Origin: Holosporales bacterium
GTDB taxonomy: Bacteria; Pseudomonadota; Alphaproteobacteria; Caedimonadales; Caedimonadaceae
Direction: 5' to 3'
NCBI GenBank assembly: GCA_046318415.1
Contig: JBKCUK010000009.1
Location: forward strand, 71,464 to 95,463
DNA length: 24,000 nucleotides
Part shown: positions 15,994 through 24,000 of the stretch, one piece after another
How the letters are laid out: every line of letters starts with the position of its first letter
Position numbering within the stretch: position 1 is the first letter of the stretch
Program-made: the position numbers and the translations under genes
The notes under the pieces: generated by a model
Told to the model about the DNA's origin: nothing
What the model saw: only the letters and a program-made list of their open reading frames with translations
Databases searched by the model: none

Positions 15994-16814
15994 GGGACCT
16001 CTCCTTGCAATTCATAAGTGCGCCTCAGCGCGGCTTCCAAGGCATGGCGCCACAGGGCATCAAGCGCCCCATCCCGATTCAAGACATCAAGGGCCGCCGC
16101 CGTCGTTCCCTTAGGACTGGTGACCTCTTGACGTAAGATCTCGGGTGTTTGATGGCTATGGTCAAGATAAGCCAAACTACCCAGCAGCAAGTCTTTTGTG
16201 AGCTCAGAAGCCTCATTTTGCTCAAGCCCTAAAGCCACCGCTGCTTGGCTCAAGGTCTCGATAAAACGGTAAACATAAGCTGGGCCGCACGCCGTCAACA
16301 CAGCCGCCCGATCCAGGAGATCTTCACTGTGGAACCATTTTACCGATCCCACCGCTGCTAAAAGCTGGTTAATGGCCTTGATGTGGTCTTCCGTCACCCC
16401 TCTGTTGGCCATGGCAAGAATGATGCCGCGACCGATGCTTGCCGGTGTGTTGGGCATGGCACGAACCACGGGAACACCCTCACCCAAGTGCTGCTGGTAA
16501 AAAGATAAAGACTTTGCCGCAGCCACACTCAGGGCACAGGCAGTCCTTTCAAAAAAACGCTTATAATGGGGCAAGACAGACGCTAATTTTTGCGGTTTTA
16601 CTGCAAAAATGACTATTCTTGGATCTATATCAAGGCTGTCGGCTGTGGGTGACCAAGTAATACGAGGATCATTTAACAACTCGGCACATGACTGCTCACG
16701 CGGGGTAACAATGACAAGCCCCGGGTCCAGCAAACCCGCCTCACGCCACCCGCGCACAAGGGCGGTGCCCATGCGCCCACATCCAACAAGAAGGAATGCA
16801 GGCGATGTCCCCAT
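15990..16814 (-). CDS. proC: Pyrroline-5-carboxylate reductase
   Basis: Motifs include the Rossmann GCGRMGTAL, MPNTPASIGRG and TSPKGTTAAAL. I prefer the ATG at 16812-16814 (GAGG SD 8 nt upstream, 2 nt after the ybjN stop) over the track's TTG at 16820. Confidence 0.9.
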   Translation of the reverse strand: MGTSPAFLLVGCGRMGTALVRGWREAGLLDPGLVIVTPREQSCAELLNDPRITWSPTADSLDIDPRIVIFAVKPQKLASVLPHYKRFFERTACALSVAAAKSLSFYQQHLGEGVPVVRAMPNTPASIGRGIILAMANRGVTEDHIKAINQLLAAVGSVKWFHSEDLLDRAAVLTACGPAYVYRFIETLSQAAVALGLEQNEASELTKDLLLGSLAYLDHSHQTPEILRQEVTSPKGTTAAALDVLNRDGALDALWRHALEAALRRTYELQGEVP

Positions 16815-16816
16815 GC

Positions 16817-17308
16817 TCAAGCCTCGCCAACCGTATCAAGCATGGCGAATGAGGCCGCCTCTTTTGGTGTTTTACCTCCCCAGATCACAAACTGAAAGGC
16901 GGGATAAAAACGCTCGGACTCGCCCACCGCAATTTCCACAAGCTCTTCAAGGGATTCAACCCGAGGCGACCGATCACCCGTCAACAGCAAAGCATAGCGT
17001 AGCAGAGGCACGGATTCATCAGGATCAATTTCAAAGTGGCCAAGGGCCAAACGCTGATTAATCAAAGCCAACAACTCATAAACCGGCGTCATCTGGCTAG
17101 GTTGGACCCGCATATCCATAATGCAACACAGCTGCAGGATACGGGCGTCGGCCTGCCAGTTAAATTGTATCCGATAGTCGCACCAGCGGCCATCCACCTC
17201 GGCAATCAATTCCTCCGAGTTCACCCGATGATAGGGCCACTCTTCGGAAATGACAGCTTCTTCGATCATGTCGATGGGATTGGTCACGGATGCATTTCCC
17301 TTCTTCAA
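16817..17308 (-). CDS. YbjN-domain protein (putative chaperone-like/sensory-transduction regulator family)
   Basis: The 163-aa product has NPIDMIEEAVISEEWPYHRVNSEELIAEVDGRWCDYRIQFNW, which matches the YbjN family N-terminal pattern. YbjN upstream of proC is a common arrangement. The start is TTG at 17306-17308, with an alternative GTG at 17287. Confidence 0.7.
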   Translation of the reverse strand: MKKGNASVTNPIDMIEEAVISEEWPYHRVNSEELIAEVDGRWCDYRIQFNWQADARILQLCCIMDMRVQPSQMTPVYELLALINQRLALGHFEIDPDESVPLLRYALLLTGDRSPRVESLEELVEIAVGESERFYPAFQFVIWGGKTPKEAASFAMLDTVGEA

Positions 17309-17488
17309 GACACCACTCTCTTCCTAGTTTAGCTTAGCACTAGCATAGCTTGTAGAGGAAACCCAACATAAAACGATAGCGTTTTGCACGTTGTTGACGG
17401 CCTGTCCATGGGCAGACAGCCTGGTTTCGCGTAAATAAAGAATGAATTAAAGTGTTTACCGAAATAATGTAGCTAATCGAGGTTTAAT

Positions 17489-18286
17489 GTGGCCCTCACT
17501 TACCCCATGATTGACCCTGTGGCCTTAGAGCTGGGTCCTGTTGTGATCCGCTGGTATGGCTTGGCTTACGTCGCCGGTATTTTATTCGCCTGGGGTTATT
17601 GCAAAGCCCTTATTCGAAAATACCAAATCGCCATGCAAGCCAAGGACTTTGACGATTTTGTGCCGTGGATGACCCTGGGTGTGGTGGCCGGTGGACGTTT
17701 AGGCCAAGTTCTCTTTTATGATACCGCTTACTACCTCGCCAACCCCTTTGAGATCATTGCCATTTGGCACCCAGGCATGAGTTTTCATGGCGGCATTCTA
17801 GGTGTTGTCACCGCAACGGTTATTTTTTGCCGCAAAAGAGGCATACCTATCCTTCATATGCTCGATCTTCTTGCGTGTGCAGCTCCGATCGGGCTGTTTT
17901 TGGGCCGGATTGCAAATTTCATCAATGCCGAGCTGGTGGGACGCGTATCGGATGTGCCCTGGGCCATGGTTTTTCCAGGAGCAGGCCCTTTTCCACGTCA
18001 CCCCAGCCAGCTGTACGAAGCTGTCTTGGAGGGACTGCTGCTGTTCATCCTGACCAATATGGCCATGCGCCGCGCAACGTGGCGACACATACCTGGCAGG
18101 GTGATGGGGCTTTTCATCGCAGGATACGGCATTGCCCGCATCATCGGCGAGGTGTTTCGCGAACCCGATCATCATATTGGCTTCTTGATGGGTGGTACGA
18201 CTTGGGGACAGTGGCTCTCGGTTCCCATGGTGATCTTGGGCCTTTATTTCATATTCCGCTCACACAAAACCGATGTCACCCGTTGA
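17489..18286 (+). CDS. lgt: Prolipoprotein diacylglyceryl transferase
   Basis: The 265-aa polytopic membrane protein carries the motifs HGGILG, GRIANFINAEL and HPSQLYEA. The start is GTG at 17489 with a GAGG SD 6 nt upstream. Confidence 0.92.
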   Translation: MALTYPMIDPVALELGPVVIRWYGLAYVAGILFAWGYCKALIRKYQIAMQAKDFDDFVPWMTLGVVAGGRLGQVLFYDTAYYLANPFEIIAIWHPGMSFHGGILGVVTATVIFCRKRGIPILHMLDLLACAAPIGLFLGRIANFINAELVGRVSDVPWAMVFPGAGPFPRHPSQLYEAVLEGLLLFILTNMAMRRATWRHIPGRVMGLFIAGYGIARIIGEVFREPDHHIGFLMGGTTWGQWLSVPMVILGLYFIFRSHKTDVTR

Positions 18287-19316
18287 GGCCCTGCTGCGCC
18301 AAGAAATCGCCCGACAAGGCCCCGTAACCGTTGCCAGGTTTATGGAGGTCGTGCTGCATCATCCCCAGCACGGCTATTATCGGACACAAAAACCCCTGGG
18401 CCGGGAAGCCGACTTTATCACTGCCCCAGAGATTTCGTCGTTGTTTGGGGAAGTTATTGGCGGTGTTTTACTGGCAAAGGCCCTCTCCTTGTCTGAAGAA
18501 ATGCCCATACATCTGATCGAGTTGGGGCCTGGACGGGGGCTTTTGCTCCAAGACATTTTGCGGGTATTCCAACTGAGACCCCAAGTGCTGTCACGGCTTT
18601 GTGTGCATTTGATCGATATCAACATGCCTTATCATCCGACGCTCACGGCCAAATCCGCACCGCTTAAGCCTTTTTTTTATGAGAGTTATCAAGAACTTCG
18701 GGAAAAGCTCCCACGAGGGGCCGTATTGCTGGTCGCCAATGAATTTTTAGATGCCCTCCCGGTGGCGCAATATGAAAGAACCAAAGACAGCTGGACAGAG
18801 CGTGCCATCAGCATCAACCCTGAAGGGAATCTCCATTTTACGTCCCTGCCCTGCCCCACGGGCTTTAGCGGACCTCAAGCGCCAGCGGGAGCAATCATCG
18901 AGCGCTGCCCCACGGCTGAAGAACTTGTGCAGCAAGTCTCACAAGACATAAACGCCCGCACCGGCATGGCGCTTTTCATTGATTATGGGTCCCTTGAGCC
19001 AGGTTTTGGGGATACCCTTCAAGCCATCCATCGCCATCGGCATGTGGATCCCCTCTCACACCTTGGTGAAGCAGATTTGACGTGTCACGTAAGTTTTGCG
19101 CCGCTTGTGGCCCATGTGATGGAAAACAACCTATCCGCCCACTGCATGACGCAACGGGATTTTTTACTCCATTTTGGCGCAGCAAGCCGTCTCGAGCACC
19201 TGTTAAAAAAAGCCGGTCATCGCGCAAAAGAGTCTTTAATTCAGTCATTTAATCGCTTGATTAGCCCGACAGAAATGGGCACCCTTTTTAAAGTAATGAT
19301 GGTGGAAGGTTCCTAG
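18273..19316 (+). CDS. Class I SAM-dependent methyltransferase, MidA/NDUFAF7 family
   Basis: The 347-aa product has DFITAPEISSLFGEVIG and ELGPGRGLL (SAM-binding), typical of the MidA/DUF185 family. The ATG at 18273 overlaps the lgt 3' end by 14 nt. Confidence 0.8.
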   Translation: MSPVEALLRQEIARQGPVTVARFMEVVLHHPQHGYYRTQKPLGREADFITAPEISSLFGEVIGGVLLAKALSLSEEMPIHLIELGPGRGLLLQDILRVFQLRPQVLSRLCVHLIDINMPYHPTLTAKSAPLKPFFYESYQELREKLPRGAVLLVANEFLDALPVAQYERTKDSWTERAISINPEGNLHFTSLPCPTGFSGPQAPAGAIIERCPTAEELVQQVSQDINARTGMALFIDYGSLEPGFGDTLQAIHRHRHVDPLSHLGEADLTCHVSFAPLVAHVMENNLSAHCMTQRDFLLHFGAASRLEHLLKKAGHRAKESLIQSFNRLISPTEMGTLFKVMMVEGS

Positions 19317-19319
19317 ACG

Positions 19320-20093
19320 ATGATGATCCCTTTTAAGGCGTCAAGCCTCTTCCAGGATGTGCCAGGCATTGCCCACGGCTTTTTCACCCGTCAAGGAGGC
19401 GTCAGTCAGGGCCTCTGCAGCAGCCTCAACGTCACCTTCAAAGACATGGATTCTGTCGAAAATGTGGACGAAAATCGCGCCCGCGTGGGTCAAGCCCTTG
19501 GCTTGAAGGATGCGCCCTTTTTTGTGCGCCAAGTCCACGGCACCAATGTCCACCTCATCCTCAGCCAACCTGATCGAACTTCAGTTATCGAAGCCGATGC
19601 CATCATTAGCACCGTTCCGGGTCTTGCCATCGCTGTTCAAACTGCGGATTGTGTTCCCATCTTACTGGTTGACCCGAACGAGCGTGTTATTGCGGCCATT
19701 CACGCGGGATGGCGCGGTGCCGCAGCGGGGGTCATTCAATCCACCCTTTCCGCCATGGCGGCACTTGGGGCCACCCCAGACGGGCTTTTGGCAGCCGTTG
19801 GGCCAGCCATCGGACAACCTCATTTTGAAGTGGGTAGCGAGGTTAGGGAGACTTTTGTGAACGCCGATACTGCTGCAAAACCTTTCTTTACGGAAAGCTC
19901 GAAGACGCATCACTGGCTGTTGGATTTGAAAGGTTACACAGCCCATGTGCTGGCCCATCATGGCGTTCGTCACCTTGAAGTTTTGTCCTACAATACCTAT
20001 GCAGATCAGGATTTGTTCTTTTCTTTCCGCCGTGCAACCCATCGGGGTGAAGCAGGATGTGGTGGGCAAGCGAGCTGTATTGCACTTCTTTAA
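19320..20093 (+). CDS. pgeF: Peptidoglycan editing factor PgeF / YfiH-family (laccase-domain) protein
   Basis: The 257-aa product has QVHG, EADAI, TADCVPILL and HAGWRG. It starts 3 nt after the upstream stop codon. Confidence 0.85.
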   Translation: MMIPFKASSLFQDVPGIAHGFFTRQGGVSQGLCSSLNVTFKDMDSVENVDENRARVGQALGLKDAPFFVRQVHGTNVHLILSQPDRTSVIEADAIISTVPGLAIAVQTADCVPILLVDPNERVIAAIHAGWRGAAAGVIQSTLSAMAALGATPDGLLAAVGPAIGQPHFEVGSEVRETFVNADTAAKPFFTESSKTHHWLLDLKGYTAHVLAHHGVRHLEVLSYNTYADQDLFFSFRRATHRGEAGCGGQASCIALL

Positions 20094-20212
20094 TCCATTC
20101 GTAACGCTCAAAGTTTTTCACTTCATCCCCAAAAGGTAAAGATTACCATAGCCCAGAAGTGAGTTTCGGCTATAATAGGGCGTCGTTTGTCCGCTTACAC
20201 AAGGAGAACAGC

Positions 20213-21025
20213 ATGTCCTCGACCGGTTTACTTTCGGGAAAACGTGGTTTAATCATGGGTGTTGCCAATGATGCCTCCATCGCATGGGGGATCGCCCAGG
20301 AATGCGCCGCCGCCGGCGCCGAGCTTGCGTTCACTTACCTTTCTGAGCCCTTTAAGAAAAGAGTCGAGCCCCTAGCTGAGTCTGTCGGCGCCAAACTCAT
20401 TCTACCTTGTGACACCACCCAAGACGATCAGATCGATCAGGTCTTTCATGACATCGAAAAGGCCTGGGGCAAGCTTGACTTTGTTGTGCATGCCATCGCC
20501 TTTTCAGACAAAAACGAGTTGCGTGGCGCTTACATAGACACATCCCGCAACAACTTTTTATACACCATGGATGTGTCGTGCTATTCCTTCACGGCCGTGT
20601 GTGCCCGAGCCAGCAAACTGTTGAATCCCGGTGGCAGTTGCGTGACCTTATCCTATTACGGCGCTGAAAAGGTCATGCCCCACTATAATGTTATGGGTGT
20701 TGCCAAAGCCGCCCTGGAAGCCAGCGTGCGCTACCTTGCCGTGGACCTCGGCAAACAGGGCGTGCGCGTCAATTGCATCTCAGCAGGCCCGATCAAAACC
20801 CTTGCCGCATCGGGTATTGGTGATTTCCGCTATATTTTAAAATGGAATCAGTATAACGCACCACTGCGCCGCAACGTCAGCCAGGAAGAAGTCGGCCGTT
20901 CAGCGCTTTACCTTTTGTCAGATCTCAGCTCTGGTGTTACCGGCGAGGTCCATTACGTGGATTGTGGCTATAATATTATCGGCATGAAGGATCCCGAAGC
21001 GCCCGATTTAACTTTAAGTCAATAA
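20213..21025 (+). CDS. fabI: Enoyl-[acyl-carrier-protein] reductase (NADH)
   Basis: Motifs include GLIMGVANDASIAWGIA and YGAEKVMPHYNVMGVAKAALEASVRYLAVDLG…RVNCISAGPIKTLA. I chose the ATG at 20213 (AAGGAG SD at 20201-20206) rather than the track's upstream start at 20159. Confidence 0.92.
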   Translation: MSSTGLLSGKRGLIMGVANDASIAWGIAQECAAAGAELAFTYLSEPFKKRVEPLAESVGAKLILPCDTTQDDQIDQVFHDIEKAWGKLDFVVHAIAFSDKNELRGAYIDTSRNNFLYTMDVSCYSFTAVCARASKLLNPGGSCVTLSYYGAEKVMPHYNVMGVAKAALEASVRYLAVDLGKQGVRVNCISAGPIKTLAASGIGDFRYILKWNQYNAPLRRNVSQEEVGRSALYLLSDLSSGVTGEVHYVDCGYNIIGMKDPEAPDLTLSQ

Positions 21026-21071
21026 ATTTGTGAATCTAATGCTAAGAACGACACTTTCAAGAAGGTTTGGT

Positions 21072-22838
21072 ATGCGCACATTAGGAGTTTGGCTGACCCG
21101 TTTACTGGCCCTGATCGGGGGCCTTGTGGTCCTTCTGCTGATTACTTTTTTCATGGCCATTAAACGCGGTTCAATACCCTCAGCCACCCTCGAGCCCAAG
21201 CCAATGGTCCTGACCCTCTATTTGGACCAGCCCATGCCCGATTTCATCGATCACTCGAGTCTCAGCGGGATTTTAAGGCCGGATGCTCTCTCCCTTGCGG
21301 ACTTTGAGGAAACCCTCATCCACGCAGCCAAGGATCCCAACGTCAAGTCGATCATCCTATATGCAAGTGGGGCCAGCATGGGCCTAGCCCAAGCCCAAGA
21401 AATTCGCTCGGCCATCAAACGCTTTCAGGAGTCCGGCAAGAAGGTCTTTGCCCATGCCGATACTTTTGGCGAGTTGACCGGCGGTACCCTTCCCTATTAT
21501 CTCGCCAGTGTGGCGGATGAAATCTGGCTGCAGCCCATGGGAAGTGTGATGCTGACCGGCTTTGCCATGGAAATTCCGTTTGTCAAAGATCTCCTCGACA
21601 AGGTTGATGCCCAAGCACGCTTTGCCAAGCGCGAAGAGTATAAATCGATGCCGGATACGCTGACCGAAAGCGGCCTTTCACCCGCCAATCGCGAAGCCAA
21701 TCAAGAACTGCTTGCAGGCCTGTCTCAACAAGTGCTGGCAGAGATTGCAACAGATCGCGGCCTCGCCTCGGATGCCGTTGAAGCCTATGTGGCCCGCATG
21801 CCCATAACCGGTGAAAAAGAGCCCCTTGAGGCAGGACTCGTGGATAAAATCGCCTACGCCGACGAGTTGGAGTCCAAGGCCCTTGAGACCGCTGGAAAAG
21901 ACGCGGAATTGGTGGACTTGAATGATTACTGGCGTCACGAAGCAAAGGGGAAGAACAAAACAAAGGCAAACCAAGCCATCGCCGTCATCTATGGTGAGGG
22001 GATCATCATGAGCGATCAGGGCTCAGACCAAGGCTTTAATGATGAGCCCATCTTTTCTGGGGAATACATGAAAGAGGCCATGGACCAAGTTCTGAAGAGC
22101 AGCAATGTGAAAGCCATCGTCTTTCGGGTCAACAGTGGGGGTGGATCACCCGTGGTCTCCGAGACCATCTGGCGCCAAATTCGCCGTGCTCAGGCAGCTA
22201 AGATTCCAGTGATCGCCTCCATGGGCGACATGGCAGCCTCGGGAGGATACTGGGTTCTGACCCATGCCGATAAGATCGTCGCCAACCCTGCCACCATCAC
22301 GGGGTCCATTGGCGTGTTCTCCGGCAAAGTGGTGCTTGAAGGTTTGATGAAAAAAATTGGTGTGAATTGGGAACACATCACAACGGCTCCCCACGCAGGT
22401 ATGTGGAGTGCCAATCGAGACTTCACGCCCGAACAATGGCAAAAGTTACAAGCCAGCATTGATCAGACTTACCAAATGTTTGTCACAAGGGTGGCCGAGG
22501 GTCGCCGGCTTAATCTTGACCATGTGAAGCAGATTTCCAAAGGCCGTGTGTGGACCGGCGAACAAGCGCAAAAGTTCGGGCTAGTTGATGCTTTGGGCGG
22601 CATGCACACAGCACTGCAAATGGCCAAAGAGGCCGCAAAAATAAGTGCCGTTGAGAATGTTGAGGTGGTGGTCTATCCGCGCAGCATCCCCTTCTATCAA
22701 CGCCTGAAATTGATGTTTTCAAGCTCGGCAAGTGTGATGCACAAGTTCAGCAATGCCTGGACCCTATGCCGCGCCTATTGGTCCATGGGCGTGACCGGAT
22801 CACCAACAACCCTTGTTGAGCCTATGGTGATCCGCTAA
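21072..22838 (+). CDS. sppA: Signal peptide peptidase SppA, 67K (two-domain) type
   Basis: There is an N-terminal TM anchor and two ClpP/crotonase-like halves. The second half contains the serine motif MGDMAASGGYW. The start is ATG at 21072 (GAAGG SD 6 nt upstream), with alternatives GTG at 21030 and ATG at 21039. Confidence 0.85.
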   Translation: MRTLGVWLTRLLALIGGLVVLLLITFFMAIKRGSIPSATLEPKPMVLTLYLDQPMPDFIDHSSLSGILRPDALSLADFEETLIHAAKDPNVKSIILYASGASMGLAQAQEIRSAIKRFQESGKKVFAHADTFGELTGGTLPYYLASVADEIWLQPMGSVMLTGFAMEIPFVKDLLDKVDAQARFAKREEYKSMPDTLTESGLSPANREANQELLAGLSQQVLAEIATDRGLASDAVEAYVARMPITGEKEPLEAGLVDKIAYADELESKALETAGKDAELVDLNDYWRHEAKGKNKTKANQAIAVIYGEGIIMSDQGSDQGFNDEPIFSGEYMKEAMDQVLKSSNVKAIVFRVNSGGGSPVVSETIWRQIRRAQAAKIPVIASMGDMAASGGYWVLTHADKIVANPATITGSIGVFSGKVVLEGLMKKIGVNWEHITTAPHAGMWSANRDFTPEQWQKLQASIDQTYQMFVTRVAEGRRLNLDHVKQISKGRVWTGEQAQKFGLVDALGGMHTALQMAKEAAKISAVENVEVVVYPRSIPFYQRLKLMFSSSASVMHKFSNAWTLCRAYWSMGVTGSPTTLVEPMVIR

Positions 22839-22844
22839 AGGGTG

Positions 22845-22876
22845 AGGACGCTTTTCTTAATCCTGCAAAAGCGCCT
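22845..22876. terminator. Hairpin between convergent sppA and the small minus-strand ORF; no U-tract on either side
   Basis: The stem is agg(a)cgctttt (22845-22855) paired with aaaagcgcct (22867-22876), with an 11-nt loop. It begins 7 nt after the sppA stop and overlaps the last codons of the 22857..23132 ORF. Confidence 0.3.
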
Positions 22877-23132
22877 GAAGCTCCTCGGTCGTCATTTGCT
22901 GGATTGGGCGCAGTCCTTGGGGACTGCGTTTTGCGTTCAACAGGCCCAAGACCTTGAGTTGTAACTCTTTTATTTTCACAGCAGCCGTTAGATTTTCGCT
23001 GGCAAGGGCCGCCTGATAGGCTTTTTCTAAATCAGCTAAAATCGTCTCTCGACTGGGTCCGGGGGTTGAGGTTGACGAAAGACGTGGACTTTTTACAGAA
23101 CGACGGCGGGTCGTCTCTTCTTGATGTGCCAT
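22857..23132 (-). CDS. Hypothetical small protein (91 aa) with a basic Ser/Thr/Arg-rich N-terminus and a helical C-terminus
   Basis: The ATG at 23130-23132 is preceded by a strong SD (GGGAGGaaaagagtATG), so I prefer it over the track's start at 23162. I recognise no family with confidence. Confidence 0.5.
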   Translation of the reverse strand: MAHQEETTRRRSVKSPRLSSTSTPGPSRETILADLEKAYQAALASENLTAAVKIKELQLKVLGLLNAKRSPQGLRPIQQMTTEELQALLQD

Positions 23133-23338
23133 ACTCTTTTCCTCCCTTTTTGAGTACCGCATGGACGGGGAGAGGAAGGCGGCTGTTTTTATTTTTTCTC
23201 AGTGACTGACTGCTACCTTTGACATCTTAAAACAGCTGCAAGGACACAGTTTGCGATTTCAACTGACCCAACACAAAACGCCCCTCACCTTCCTCTCCTC
23301 CATAGGATATGATTAGCCCATTAGGTAGGAGCATTCAT

Positions 23339-24000
23339 ATGATCCCTCGGCGCCCCCATTTGATTGGTATCCTTTTTATGCTGGCGTCCATGCTGACCTA
23401 TGCCTTTGTGAATGCTAGTGTTAAATCGGTGATCATGGATTATCCCGCCCCCCAAGTCCTGTTTTTTCGCTATGCGCCAGCCCTTATTCCCTATGTTTTT
23501 CTGATCCTCCACGCACGCCATGATCACCCCACCACCACATCCAACCTCAGATGGCATATGGGCAGTGCCTGCGTCAGTATCATCAGTCTTTGGGCCTTAT
23601 TCACTGCCCTTGGACGCCTGCCCCTGGCCGAGGTCACCGCCCTGACCTTTACCTCGGTTTTCTTTGTGGTTTTGCTGGCGGCTGGTTTTCTTAAAGAGCG
23701 GACGTCCCTTGGGAGCTGGATCGCCTTGGCGGTGGGCTTTGGGGGGGTGATGATCATGGTCAATCCACAGCATCACTTGTTGAATAAAAATGCCTTACTC
23801 TGCCTGATGGCTGCATTTGGAGATGCCGTAATCATGGTACTGGCGCGACGCCTCACACGACAGGAATCAAGCTTAACCGTGGTGTTCTACTTTGCCCTTT
23901 TTGGCGCCTTGATCACATCCCTATTCTTGCCGTTTGTGTGGCAGCGGCCGACCCTCCCCGATTTAGGTCTGCTGCTGTTTTTGGGTTTGGGGGGCGGTAT
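23339..24000 (+). CDS. EamA/DMT-superfamily transporter, 5' part (continues beyond the window)
   Basis: My own translation: ATG at 23339 with an AGGAG SD at 23327-23331, open to the window end. It begins MIPRRPHLIGILFMLASMLTYAFVNASVKSV…LPLAEVTALTFTSVFFVVLLAAGFLKERTSLGSWIALAVGFGGVMIMV…. It has several TM helices and the typical EamA repeat pattern. It is missing from the ORF track because it has no stop in the window. Confidence 0.75.
   Translation, partial: MIPRRPHLIGILFMLASMLTYAFVNASVKSVIMDYPAPQVLFFRYAPALIPYVFLILHARHDHPTTTSNLRWHMGSACVSIISLWALFTALGRLPLAEVTALTFTSVFFVVLLAAGFLKERTSLGSWIALAVGFGGVMIMVNPQHHLLNKNALLCLMAAFGDAVIMVLARRLTRQESSLTVVFYFALFGALITSLFLPFVWQRPTLPDLGLLLFLGLGGG

Noticed and set aside
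17399-17421. A near-palindrome CTGtCCATGGgCAG / hairpin GGC(C)TGTC-catgggca-GACAGCC in the ybjN-lgt divergent region
   Set aside because: The stem is short and imperfect, has no U-tract and has no adjacent promoter hexamers I could anchor it to. I cannot distinguish it from chance without comparative data.
17764-18327. A 187-aa plus-strand ORF in an alternative frame of lgt
   Set aside because: Its product is Arg/Pro/His/Cys-rich and typical of an off-frame translation. The lgt frame has clear family motifs and a proper SD.
20171-20176. A perfect TATAAT hexamer 37 nt upstream of the fabI start
   Set aside because: No acceptable -35 (TTGACA-like) lies at 16-18 bp spacing and there is no TG extension. 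The nearest ttacca is 22 bp away. That is too weak to call a promoter.
1-24000. Search for mobile elements, CRISPR arrays, integrases, phage blocks, toxin-antitoxin pairs or defence-system gene clusters
   Set aside because: I saw no transposase, integrase or recombinase-like ORFs, no regularly spaced direct repeats and no terminal inverted repeats. The tRNA-Gly is not flanked by an obvious integrated element. The gene content is core metabolism and envelope biogenesis apart from the left-end exported protein.

Overview
Most of this window is conserved housekeeping chromosome from a Gram-negative bacterium. The gene set looks alphaproteobacterial (inference): a COQ9-like protein, a MidA/NDUFAF7-like methyltransferase between lgt and pgeF, a DUF374 acyltransferase between msbA and waaA, and a giant NAD-GDH. 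The minus strand carries a 485-aa exported repeat protein, about 535 bp of non-coding DNA, a 1610-aa NAD-glutamate dehydrogenase, tRNA-Gly(GCC) and a small membrane-anchored ORF. It continues with a tightly coupled lipid A/Kdo operon (msbA, DUF374, lipoprotein, waaA, lpxK, lpxL), trmB, a phasin, and ybjN-proC-COQ9-like. The plus strand carries a 3' gene fragment, lgt-midA-pgeF, fabI-sppA, and the 5' part of an EamA transporter. I saw no transposase, integrase, CRISPR array, rRNA or recognisable defence or toxin genes, and no evidence for a multi-gene novel system. The one clearly unusual element is the left-end exported protein (194..1612, minus). After a Sec-type signal peptide it has three matches to the eukaryotic ubiquitin-interacting motif. 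These are followed by two diverged copies of a ~90-aa module that aligns by eye to J-domain helices I-II but lacks HPD, separated by poly-Ser linkers. This makes it a candidate eukaryote-mimicking secreted protein. Smaller second-look items are a perfect G-quadruplex motif downstream of the GDH gene, a duplicated 17-mer at the phasin terminator, an acidic lipoprotein embedded in the LPS operon, and an inverted-repeat/anti-SD arrangement ahead of the EamA gene.
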